In this document: positions 37,276-46,012 of the stretch, one piece after another | How the letters are laid out: each line of letters opens with the position of its first letter | How positions within the stretch are numbered: position 1 is the first letter of the stretch | Source: an archaeon | Lineage (GTDB): Archaea > Nanobdellota > Nanobdellia > SCGC-AAA011-G17 > VGLX01 | Direction: 5' to 3' | Length of the DNA stretch: 47,035 bases | Assembly (NCBI GenBank): GCA_043810595.1 | Contig: JBDRNX010000022.1 | Coordinates: 1-47,035, forward strand | Position numbers and translations under genes: made by a program | Notes under the pieces: generated by a model | Told to the model about the DNA's origin: nothing | What the model saw: only the letters and a program-made list of their open reading frames with translations | Databases searched by the model: none

Positions 37276-38205
37276 ATGGAAGGCCTTCTACAAAACATAC
37301 CAGAACAGGTAAGGGAAGCAGCAAAACTGGGAAACATAAAAGTAGCAAAAGCAGACAAGATACTAGTATGCGGGATGGGGGCATCCGGAATAACAGGGGA
37401 CATCCTAAGAGACCTGCTTAAAGACAGGATAGTGATAACAAACAAGGACTACAACATACCAAAGTACACGGACAAAAACACACTGGTTTTCATCATCAGC
37501 GCATCGGGAGAGACAGAAGAAACAATAAGCTGCTACAAAGAAGCAAAGAAAAAAACGAAAAACATAGTGATAATAACATCAGGCGGAGAACTAGGACTGG
37601 AAAATAACGCAATAATAATACCTAGGATAACGCCAACAAGATATGCGCTGCACTACCTATTCTTCCCCATGCTGAAAATACTAGAGAATTCTGGCATGGC
37701 AGAAAAACAAAACATAAACGAAGTAGTCAAAGTGATGAAAAGCCTGAACAAAAAACAAGTAAAAAAACTCGCAGAAGAACTCAGAGGGAAGATTCCGATA
37801 ATAGCAGCAGAAAACAGATACAAGTCAGTCGGCCTGAGATGGGTGCAGCAATTCAACGAAAACAGCAAAGTACAGGCGATAACACAAACATTCCCAGAAC
37901 TTGATCATAACGCAATAGAAGGTTATGAAAGACCTGCCGAGAATTTTGAGCTGATAATCATAAGGGACAAAAAAGAAGGAAAAAGGGAAAAGAGAAGGAT
38001 AGAAATCACAGAAAAAATACTGGCAAAGAAAATCAAAGTCAACGAAGTATGGATGAGAGGAAAAACAGACCTGGCCAAGATATTCTACACAATTTATTTC
38101 GGCGATTACCTAACTTATTACTTAGGGCTGATGAACAAAGTCAACCCATACGAAAACAAAATAATACTATTCCTAAAAAAACAGATGAAAAAACACATAG
38201 GATGA
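37276..38205 (+). CDS. bifunctional phosphoglucose/phosphomannose isomerase (SIS fold)
   Basis: CGMGASGITG, ISASGETEET, ITSGG, RW.QQFNENSK, FPELDHN. Confidence 0.9.
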   Translation: MEGLLQNIPEQVREAAKLGNIKVAKADKILVCGMGASGITGDILRDLLKDRIVITNKDYNIPKYTDKNTLVFIISASGETEETISCYKEAKKKTKNIVIITSGGELGLENNAIIIPRITPTRYALHYLFFPMLKILENSGMAEKQNINEVVKVMKSLNKKQVKKLAEELRGKIPIIAAENRYKSVGLRWVQQFNENSKVQAITQTFPELDHNAIEGYERPAENFELIIIRDKKEGKREKRRIEITEKILAKKIKVNEVWMRGKTDLAKIFYTIYFGDYLTYYLGLMNKVNPYENKIILFLKKQMKKHIG

Positions 38206-39047
38206 GAATAGGCATAGACATAGGCGGAACGAAAATAAAAGCAGGACTCGTAGAAGGGAACAAAGTAATTAAGAAAATAGAAATAGACACCAACGGCAAC
38301 GGCGGAAAGCAAGAAGTTCTACAGAACATAACAAAAGCAATACAAACCCTGATGAATGATAAGGTAAAGGAGATAGGAGTAGGTTTCCCAGGCCCGGTTG
38401 ACAAGAACGGGGTAGTGCAAAAAAGCCCGCACTTCGACATGGTGGGAGAGAACATAAAGAAACACATAGAACAAAAATTCAAGAAAAAAGTTTTAGTTGA
38501 CAACGACACAAACTGCATGACAATAGCAGAAGCAAGATACGGAGTGGGAAAGGGGCACAAAAATTTCGTGATGATAAGCATAGGGACAAACATCGGAGGA
38601 GCGATAATAGCTGATGGGAAACTGTACAGGGGAAGGTGGCATGCCGGAGAGGTAGGGCACATGACGATAAACTACGACGGCGTAAAGAGCAGATGCTGCA
38701 ACAACTACGGATGCTTCGGACACTATGTATCCATAGAAGGACTGCAGGAAAACTACGGAAAAGAGATACTACCAGAAGAGATAGCAGAACTGGCAATGAA
38801 AGGAGACAAAAAAGCAAAAGAAGCCTACGAACAACTTGGCAGGCGTCTGGGAATAGGGCTGATGAATCTAGCAAACATACTAGACCCCGAAGTGATAATA
38901 GTAGGAGGGGGGATAGCAAAAAGCTGGAAGCTCTTCGAAAAAGAAATGAAAAAAATCATGGAAGAAAGGGGATTCATAAAAACAAAGGTAGTGAAAGCAG
39001 AACTGAGAGACGGGGGAATAATAGGGGCTACGCTGCTATTCGATTAA
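38202..39047 (+). CDS. ROK family sugar kinase
   Basis: True start ATG 38202: IGIDIGGTKI, GFPGPVD, DND, AGEVGHM, CC..YGC, VIIVGGGI. Confidence 0.9.
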   Translation: MRIGIDIGGTKIKAGLVEGNKVIKKIEIDTNGNGGKQEVLQNITKAIQTLMNDKVKEIGVGFPGPVDKNGVVQKSPHFDMVGENIKKHIEQKFKKKVLVDNDTNCMTIAEARYGVGKGHKNFVMISIGTNIGGAIIADGKLYRGRWHAGEVGHMTINYDGVKSRCCNNYGCFGHYVSIEGLQENYGKEILPEEIAELAMKGDKKAKEAYEQLGRRLGIGLMNLANILDPEVIIVGGGIAKSWKLFEKEMKKIMEERGFIKTKVVKAELRDGGIIGATLLFD

Positions 39048-39066
39048 TTCTAAAAAAATAAAAAAA

Positions 39067-39771
39067 TTATTTGGATTTCTTAAGCGGCAATTCCTTGTAA
39101 ACCTGGCCAAAAATCGTATAGCTTATCACGTTGGCCGTGAAGTACATCACAGCAGGACCAACCCAAGGAATCCAGTTGAAAATCAAAATAGCAACCAAAC
39201 TGATAAGACACACAAGTATCCAAGCCACGAAATACTTGCCCGTGAAAGCCCTCCTGAAAACCTCACCAAAAGCAAAAGCCTTACCAAAGCTGTTGTAGGC
39301 CAAGAAATTCAGGATAGCAGACTGAACAACGTAGGCAGCAAGAACCACAAATAAAACAGCTATAACCAGGAAAGGTACTGCGAACACGAGGTTGGGCATG
39401 ATAGAAGCCACGTTCTGAGAGATTGCCTGAGAGATAGCTGCCTGGTTACCAGTTATGAAATCAGTGAAATTAACCACCCTGAGTATAGCCGCCAAAACAG
39501 AAGCGAAGCCAATCAAGAATATCACTAAGGCAGGCAGGAAATAGATTATCGAAATAGCTACAGTCAGGAAGCCGTTAGCAAACAACTTACCCCAATCAGT
39601 CCAATTCGGAGACTTATTCAGAGGAACCTTCCTCTTGGTCAAACCAGTACACTCCAAAGCGTAACCCAGACTAAACCACTGGATTATCGGGAAAATACTC
39701 AAAAGAACCCCTATAAGCAGATTCTTAATATCCAGAAAAGGCTTCTTAAGAGAAGCAGTATAATCAACCAT
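39067..39771 (-). CDS. DUF4013-like membrane protein
   Basis: LLIGVLL..PII..F.LGY...P.W.DWGKLF..G...I.IIY.LP pattern; AFAFGEV; several TM segments. Confidence 0.75.
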   Translation of the reverse strand: MVDYTASLKKPFLDIKNLLIGVLLSIFPIIQWFSLGYALECTGLTKRKVPLNKSPNWTDWGKLFANGFLTVAISIIYFLPALVIFLIGFASVLAAILRVVNFTDFITGNQAAISQAISQNVASIMPNLVFAVPFLVIAVLFVVLAAYVVQSAILNFLAYNSFGKAFAFGEVFRRAFTGKYFVAWILVCLISLVAILIFNWIPWVGPAVMYFTANVISYTIFGQVYKELPLKKSK

Positions 39772-39888
39772 AACAATACACCCCCTTTTTAATATATAGT
39801 TTATAGAAATAAGAACTATTTAAATTTATTGCTGGAGTGGAAAAAAATATAAACCCTATCCTTCAAAATACATGCTGGAGGTGGTAAG

Positions 39889-40059
39889 ATGGATAAGAAA
39901 ACAAAGAGCATAGGCGGACTGTTGATACCAGCTGGAATATTTGTCGGCCTTGGTGTAGGATTCGCATTCATGCAGGTGTGGATAGTGATGGGAGTTTTCT
40001 TAGGACTAGGTGCTGGCTTCTTAGGGATGTTCATTTACGAAGCATCAAGGAAGAGATAA
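39889..40059 (+). CDS. small Gly-rich 2-TM membrane protein (56 aa; not in ORF track)
   Basis: GGAGGTG SD; MDKKTKSIGGLLIPAGIFVGLGVGFAFMQVWIVMGVFLGLGAGFLGMFIYEASRKR; GxxxG zippers. Confidence 0.75.
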   Translation: MDKKTKSIGGLLIPAGIFVGLGVGFAFMQVWIVMGVFLGLGAGFLGMFIYEASRKR

Positions 40060-40060
40060 T

Positions 40061-40282
40061 ATGAAAACAAAAACAGCACTAAAAACAATAATGGTAATAT
40101 CCATAGCTGGAATGTTGTTTTCCGGTTACTTGAGTTATACAGAACTTATCAAGGACGTGTGCGCACTTGGAGGATGCTCAGCTATAGGAGGGGTACCAAC
40201 ATGCGTGTACGGATTTGCGATGTACCTGCTGGTATTTGTAATATCTCTTATGGGAATAAAGGGGAAGGAACAAATCACTTGA
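40061..40282 (+). CDS. small membrane protein resembling the N-terminal half of VKOR
   Basis: TM-SGYLSY-(C..GGC)-GGVPTCVYG-TM; no CxxC-bearing C-terminal half. Confidence 0.6.
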   Translation: MKTKTALKTIMVISIAGMLFSGYLSYTELIKDVCALGGCSAIGGVPTCVYGFAMYLLVFVISLMGIKGKEQIT

Positions 40283-40696
40283 TCTTATAGAACTCTTTAA
40301 GGTACCTATCAAGGGAATCCCAATCGTAGCCCACAATGACAGGCTGCATGGCAAAACTTCTTCCCTATAACTCAGCATATTATCAACCCTTTTCATAAGA
40401 AAAATAGGAATCTCCCTATAAAATGCGTGACCCATCTCAATCAGAGAACTTCCACCAACATAACCCTCAAGACCCTTTGCATCAAAGTTAGCAACATAAA
40501 TTGCATGGGAATTGTCTATCTTCTTGAAATGGTCACGAATCAGGTTGTGCTGAATTTTAAACAAAGCAGTTTCCTCAAGATGATGGTAATCAACCATGCT
40601 TGGAAGAAGAACCTCATGGCCAACAGATTTTATACCGTCCTCTATGAAATGCAGCCTATCAAAGAACTTGGCTCTGCAACAAAGAGTAATTATCAT
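40275..40696 (-). pseudogene. nucleoside 2-deoxyribosyltransferase-like (NDT) gene with a 1-nt frameshift near the 3' end (or an assembly indel)
   Basis: HFKKID.S.AIYVAN, GYVG.S.LIEMG.AF...IPIFL. After EEV the -1 frame reads AMQPVIVGYDWDSLDRYLKEFYKIK* and stops at 40275. Confidence 0.65.
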
Positions 40697-40733
40697 AAGG
40701 CAGAAAACCTTGAAAGGGTTTATAAGTTTTTAT

Positions 40734-41213
40734 CTATTTTTTTACAACCTTGACCTTACCCCTAAGCTCTGCCAAATAACTTTCACCCTCAAGAACGATA
40801 AACTCATCCTGGAAACAACCATAAGGATCTAAGGCCTCACGCGCCTTATCCCCCATAATCCAAGCAAGAGGCCAACCCTTCCACTGATCCTTGACGTTGT
40901 CAATACAATCCCAATTGAGATTAGAGCACAGAGCTATCGGGTTTTTATTGTAAAACTCAATCAGTCTTTCAATATTCCTCTCATTGAAATCAAAAAGATC
41001 CAGTTTCTGACCGACCTCAGACTCTAACCTCTTAACCAAATCAGACCTGTACTGCCTGTCCAAAAGCCTGTTCTCAGCCTGAAAAACAGCGGCAATATCC
41101 AAATCTTTAGGATTCTCTTTGTCCCTTGCTGCAGAACCGCTAAGAATAACAATCTTAGCTTTTTCCTTAACAAGTTCCCTAGCGATGTAATGCGCAGCTT
41201 CGAGCGTTTGCAT
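40734..41213 (-). CDS. minimal nucleotidyltransferase (Pol-beta/MNT family)
   Basis: VILSGSAAR...KDLDIAAV (GS plus DxD), third acidic residue in KLDL; no HEPN partner adjacent. Confidence 0.8.
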   Translation of the reverse strand: MQTLEAAHYIARELVKEKAKIVILSGSAARDKENPKDLDIAAVFQAENRLLDRQYRSDLVKRLESEVGQKLDLFDFNERNIERLIEFYNKNPIALCSNLNWDCIDNVKDQWKGWPLAWIMGDKAREALDPYGCFQDEFIVLEGESYLAELRGKVKVVKK

Positions 41214-41251
41214 TCATTTTGACAATAGATAAATTATATAAAAAATTATCG

Positions 41252-41527
41252 TCACTTGACTACAACAAAGCCCTTACCTTTATTGAAATTCTTATAAAGG
41301 CCCTCCAACAAGTCGGTGCCAGCATAACCAGCCAACATAGTAACCCTGTAATCATAGTTAAGAAGCACACCGATAAAAACACCGATTATTACAGCAAGGG
41401 CACAGGTAAGGAACCAATAATCCCAACGGACCTTCTTCCTCAACTTCAAAGACTTAAACAAACCAACGGTAGCGCGAACAGCACCACCAAAACCACCAAG
41501 CAAGCCAGCAAACACCAACTCGTTCAT
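41252..41527 (-). CDS. small 3-TM membrane protein
   Basis: AGLLGGFGG...IIG..IG...LAGYAGTDLLE; AGAGGTG SD. Confidence 0.75.
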   Translation of the reverse strand: MNELVFAGLLGGFGGAVRATVGLFKSLKLRKKVRWDYWFLTCALAVIIGVFIGVLLNYDYRVTMLAGYAGTDLLEGLYKNFNKGKGFVVVK

Positions 41528-41629
41528 GATACCACCTCTTTTAACAAATATATGATGAAAAGGTTATTTAAAAATATTTGTGTTGAAAACAAAAAGATAT
41601 TTAAAAGAAGAAATCATAAAAAATAATCG

Positions 41630-42205
41630 ATGGAAAAAAAGGGTGAAAAACTAGACCTAAAAAAAGAGGAAAGAAAACCAGACGAACTCATAATAAGGGA
41701 AGGCAACATAAGCCTGATACTGGACTCTTACGACGACATATTCTCAGACTTCGACCCCAGGCCTTACGAACAGAAATCACTATCAGACGACTTCCTGGCA
41801 GAATGCAAAAGAGCAGCCGAAGACAAGAAAACCGAGGTAGAGCTGAGAGTGCTCATACCACAAAACAAAAGAAACCTGGATTCTGAATCAAAAATAAAGA
41901 AAAGGCTGAGAAACCACTTCCAGAGCCACTACAAACAAAAGCAAGAAGAAAAGAAAAGAATAAGAAAAAAAGGAATCGCGTGGGCGTTCACAGGAGCAAT
42001 ACTCATACTGATGGCAACACTACTGTACACACAAACCTACAGGGGATTCATATTCATCTTATTGTTCACGCTCTTCGAACCGGCAGGATGGTTCACCATA
42101 TGGAACGGGCTTGAAAAAATATTCATAGAATCAAGGGAAAAAGTAAAGTATTACAAATTCTACAGGATAATGTCAAAAACAAAAGTAAACTTCTACGGCT
42201 ACTAA
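41630..42205 (+). CDS. conserved hypothetical membrane protein (soluble N-domain + 2 TM)
   Basis: ISLILDSYDDIFSDFDPRP...LSDDF; two hydrophobic segments; GWF.IW.GLE. Confidence 0.8.
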   Translation: MEKKGEKLDLKKEERKPDELIIREGNISLILDSYDDIFSDFDPRPYEQKSLSDDFLAECKRAAEDKKTEVELRVLIPQNKRNLDSESKIKKRLRNHFQSHYKQKQEEKKRIRKKGIAWAFTGAILILMATLLYTQTYRGFIFILLFTLFEPAGWFTIWNGLEKIFIESREKVKYYKFYRIMSKTKVNFYGY

Positions 42206-42254
42206 AATATTAAACCAAAACTTTTAAAAAGGGAGTTTCAGAACAAAAAGGGAT

Positions 42255-42824
42255 ATGACCATAGGAAAGTACCTAGAGCAGGAATACAGAAATCCGGGCG
42301 AAGAACTAAAAAAGATATGGAGAGAAAGAATAATAGCCTGGAGAAAGGAACCAGCAGTCCTGAGAATAGAAAAACCCACGAGAATAGACAAGGCAAGAGC
42401 TCTAGGCTACAAAGCAAAACAGGGATACCTCATAGTGAGGGTTAAGCTAAAAAGAGGCGGAAGACTGAGAGAACAATTCAAAGGCGGAAGAAGGCCAAAA
42501 ACATCCAGAAGAAAAAAAATAGTAGGAAAAAGCTACAGGTGGATAGCAGAAGAAAGAGCATCAAAAAAATACAAAAACTGCGAAGTCCTGGGAAGTTATG
42601 AAATAGCAAAAGACGGAATACACTACTGGTTCGAAATCATACTAGCAGACAGGGAACAAGTTAGCAGATACGAGGGAATGCAATGGCTGAAAAACGCCAG
42701 GGGAAGAGCATTCAGGGGAATAACATCAGCAGCAAGAAAATCTCGCGGTTTGAGACATAAGGGCAAGGGAGCCGAAAAAATGAGACCCAGCCTAGCAGCA
42801 CACGGAAAACGTGGAAAAAACTAA
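42255..42824 (+). CDS. rpl15e: 50S ribosomal protein eL15
   Basis: WRKEP, KPTRIDKARALGYKAKQG, IAEERA, GRAFRGITSAARKSRGL. Confidence 0.97.
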   Translation: MTIGKYLEQEYRNPGEELKKIWRERIIAWRKEPAVLRIEKPTRIDKARALGYKAKQGYLIVRVKLKRGGRLREQFKGGRRPKTSRRKKIVGKSYRWIAEERASKKYKNCEVLGSYEIAKDGIHYWFEIILADREQVSRYEGMQWLKNARGRAFRGITSAARKSRGLRHKGKGAEKMRPSLAAHGKRGKN

Positions 42825-43102
42825 AGCAACCTTCTCCTTCTAGAATAATAAATCTTAGGCTTAGCAAACAAAAACAAGACAAGAAGCAATATCAAAAACA
42901 AAACAATCAGACCAACAACCAAAACAATAGCAACAGAGCTAAGCAAGATAACAAAAAAACCTATAACAGGAAAGAAAAGGGAGATAACAACCCTTGTAAA
43001 CAAACCAATAACAGGCCGGTTCCTGTACCTTATGCTGCTCAGCCTAATAAAAACAAGCACAGCAATTACAAAAAATGCAGCCAACAAGAACCATTTCCAC
43101 AT
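42821..43102 (-). CDS. small membrane protein
   Basis: 93 aa, three hydrophobic stretches, basic C-terminus; 4-nt convergent overlap with rpl15e. Confidence 0.6.
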   Translation of the reverse strand: MWKWFLLAAFFVIAVLVFIRLSSIRYRNRPVIGLFTRVVISLFFPVIGFFVILLSSVAIVLVVGLIVLFLILLLVLFLFAKPKIYYSRRRRLL

Positions 43103-43184
43103 AAAAACTATAATGGGAAATAATATTTTATAAAACTATCTTTTTTCAAAAAATATTTAAAGCACAGAATAAACAGAAAATAAC

Positions 43185-44963
43185 ATGAAAAAGGGGTTAA
43201 TGCTTATATTATTAATTCTATTAACAGCTATAAGCGTAAAAGCAATGACAGTAACCCTTGGAGGGCCAACAGGAACACAAACAACGAGTACCTTAAATTT
43301 CGGGTGCACGGCAAACGCAGCAGGGGAAGAGCTAAAGACCTTAGCACTCTACACCAACATAGCAGGAGTATTCCAACAAGTACAAACCAACTCAACTGCA
43401 GTAACAGAAGGGACTGAATACACATTCACAGAGACAGGCGTAGCAAACGGAAACTACGAATGGAACTGCGAAGCATCCAACGGAACAAACAGCGTATTTG
43501 CTTCATCGAACAACACATTCACGGTAAACGTGCCAACAAACAACGCCCCACTATACTCAGCCATACCAACACAAACTTGGCCAGAAACAGAATCAAAAAC
43601 CCTAAACCTGAACGACTACTTCTCAGATCCAGATGGTGACCCGTTAACATACACATCAAGCACACCAGCAAACATAGCAGTATCCATAACAGGAGCATCG
43701 GTAACCCTGACACCACAACACTGGCACGGAACCACAACCATAATATTCACGGCAAACGACGGCAAAGGGGGACAGAACAGCACAACAGCAACCCTAGAGG
43801 TAACACACGTAAACTGGCCACCGTACAACAAAACAGAATACATAGGCAACGAAACATGGACACAAAACCAAGAGAGAAGAATAGACCTGGATGACTTCTT
43901 CGCAGACTATGAGGGAGATACGCTAACGTACAGCGTAAGATTCTCATCAGGAGGAACACACCACATAAACATCACGATAGACAACTCAACAGCAGAGGCA
44001 ATAATGACGCCTGAAACGGACTGGAAAGGAATAGAAAGAGTGATATTCACGGCATACGATGGGCAAGGAGGAAGCCTAGATAGCAACGAAGTAACCCTCA
44101 TGGTAAAAGAAGGGGTAAAAATAAACCACCCACCAACCATAGGGAGTAGATCACCACTAATAAACCCCATACTCACGGTGGGGAACTCACAAAAATTCAC
44201 CATAGAACCAGAAGATGAAGATCTAGACGATTTAACAATAAGATGGTACATAGACAGTGAAGAACAAACAATATCGAGAAATAAAGAGAATTACACATTC
44301 TTGGCACTATCAGAAGGAACATACGACATACTTGTAACGGTAAGCGACGGAGAATTCTCAGAAAGCCAAAACTGGACAGTCAACGTACAAGGAATGGGAG
44401 GAACACCCCCCCAACAACCACAAATACCAGAAACACCAGCAGAACCCCCAAATGTTTGCGGAAACGGACAGGTAAATGCAGGAGAGACATGCTCAACATG
44501 CCCACAAGACGTCCCATGCCCTCTGGGTTATGAATGCAAGAACAACAAATGCACCAAGGAAGTAAAAAAATCAAACTTAAAGCTGATACTCATAATAGGA
44601 GGAAGCTTCGCAGTATTCGTAGCACTCACGCTACTCATATACAGATGGTACAAAAAAAGAACGTTGTTCGGGGGATGGAGACCAAAACACACAGGAGACA
44701 CAAAGAACGTGCAGCTAGCAGTAAAACCGAAACAGGAACAACAACCAGCACAAGTGGGGGGAAAGAGAGAAACAATCCCCAAATGGGACTCAAAGAAAAG
44801 AAGCGTGAACGAGATACTTCTAAAACACTACATAGAAAACAACCTCAAACGAGGAGAAACCATAGAAAAGATAAAGGAAAAACTTAAAAAGGTCGGATGG
44901 TCAGACGAAAAGGTAGACGAGGCCTACAAGGCAGCAGAGCTAGAAGAGACATTCAGAAAATAA
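43185..44963 (+). CDS. membrane-anchored surface protein with tandem Ig/cadherin-like domains
   Basis: Signal peptide; repeated NxxP...L.D.F.DxDGDxLTY and F.A.DGxGG motifs; Pro/Gln linker; CGNG...ETCSTCP.D Cys module; TM; cytoplasmic tail ending LKKVGWSDEKVDEA. Confidence 0.85.
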   Translation: MKKGLMLILLILLTAISVKAMTVTLGGPTGTQTTSTLNFGCTANAAGEELKTLALYTNIAGVFQQVQTNSTAVTEGTEYTFTETGVANGNYEWNCEASNGTNSVFASSNNTFTVNVPTNNAPLYSAIPTQTWPETESKTLNLNDYFSDPDGDPLTYTSSTPANIAVSITGASVTLTPQHWHGTTTIIFTANDGKGGQNSTTATLEVTHVNWPPYNKTEYIGNETWTQNQERRIDLDDFFADYEGDTLTYSVRFSSGGTHHINITIDNSTAEAIMTPETDWKGIERVIFTAYDGQGGSLDSNEVTLMVKEGVKINHPPTIGSRSPLINPILTVGNSQKFTIEPEDEDLDDLTIRWYIDSEEQTISRNKENYTFLALSEGTYDILVTVSDGEFSESQNWTVNVQGMGGTPPQQPQIPETPAEPPNVCGNGQVNAGETCSTCPQDVPCPLGYECKNNKCTKEVKKSNLKLILIIGGSFAVFVALTLLIYRWYKKRTLFGGWRPKHTGDTKNVQLAVKPKQEQQPAQVGGKRETIPKWDSKKRSVNEILLKHYIENNLKRGETIEKIKEKLKKVGWSDEKVDEAYKAAELEETFRK

Positions 44964-46012
44964 TGCTATCCGAAAACCAAATCAGGGAAATAAGAGAAAC
45001 TATTGAAAAGTCTGATAATCCACTGTACTTCTTTGACGACGACATAGACGGCCTGTGCTCATTCATACTACTGTACCAAAAATACCAGAAAGGAAAAGGC
45101 GTGCTAATAAAAAGCACACCCACACTCGATGTCGAATACCTCAGGAAAGTAGAAGAATACAACCCCGACCTCATAATAGTCCTTGACAAGCCGATGATAA
45201 GCCAAGAGTTCATAGACAAAGTGCAAGCACCGATATTATGGATAGACCACCACACACCAGTCGAAAGGGAGGGAATAAAACAATACATAAACCCCCGACT
45301 TAAAGAACCAGACATATACTTACCTACATCATCAATAGCTTATGAAATTGTAGGCGGAAACATGTGGATAGCATTCATAGGGACTGTAGGGGATTATGCC
45401 CTGCCTGCATTCACTGAAGAATTCAGAAAAAAATACCCCGACCTGATAGGCAAAGAAAAAGACATAGGGAGAATAGCATACGAGACACCCATAAAAAAAC
45501 TCATAAGAACATACAACTTCGTGCTGAAAGGGAAAACTTCAGAAGTAAAAAAATGCATATACATAATGACAAGAATAGAAGACCCATACGAACTGCTGAA
45601 TGGAGAGACAGCAAGAGCAAAATACGTGATAAAAAGAGCACAAAAAGTAGGAAAAGAGTATGATGAGCTGCTGGCCGAAGCCGAAGAACAAAAAGGAAAA
45701 GACGACTTTTTGGTGTTTACGTACCCAAGCAAAAAACTAAGCCTGACAGCCCTACTGTGCAACGAGCTCTCATACAAGCACCCAGAAAAAATAATAATCG
45801 TGGGAAGGGAAAAAGAAGGAGAAATAAGGATGGGACTGAGGGCAAAGAAAAAAAGAATTGACGAGGCACTGAAAAAAGCCCTAGTGGGCGTCAGGGGTTA
45901 CGGTGGGGGACACGAATTCGCATGCGGAGGCAACGTAGCAAAAGAAGACTTCCCTAAATTCATAGAACAGCTGGGAAAAGCTATTCAAGAACAACCCTTG
46001 CATCAACGATAA
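44963..46012 (+). CDS. DHH/DHHA1 family phosphoesterase (RecJ/NrnA-like)
   Basis: Start ATG 44963 (TAATG coupling); DDDIDG, VLD, IDHH, GTVGD, GGGHEFACG. Confidence 0.9.
   Translation: MLSENQIREIRETIEKSDNPLYFFDDDIDGLCSFILLYQKYQKGKGVLIKSTPTLDVEYLRKVEEYNPDLIIVLDKPMISQEFIDKVQAPILWIDHHTPVEREGIKQYINPRLKEPDIYLPTSSIAYEIVGGNMWIAFIGTVGDYALPAFTEEFRKKYPDLIGKEKDIGRIAYETPIKKLIRTYNFVLKGKTSEVKKCIYIMTRIEDPYELLNGETARAKYVIKRAQKVGKEYDELLAEAEEQKGKDDFLVFTYPSKKLSLTALLCNELSYKHPEKIIIVGREKEGEIRMGLRAKKKRIDEALKKALVGVRGYGGGHEFACGGNVAKEDFPKFIEQLGKAIQEQPLHQR

Noticed and set aside
39833-39848. TGGAGTGGAAAAAAA resembling an ORB element
   Set aside because: Single degenerate copy, no cdc6/orc1 or unwinding element nearby, and it lies within a short divergent promoter region.
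41219-41626. 135-aa plus-strand ORF
   Set aside because: Non-ATG start, no motif, and it fully overlaps the better-supported 3-TM minus gene that has an SD.
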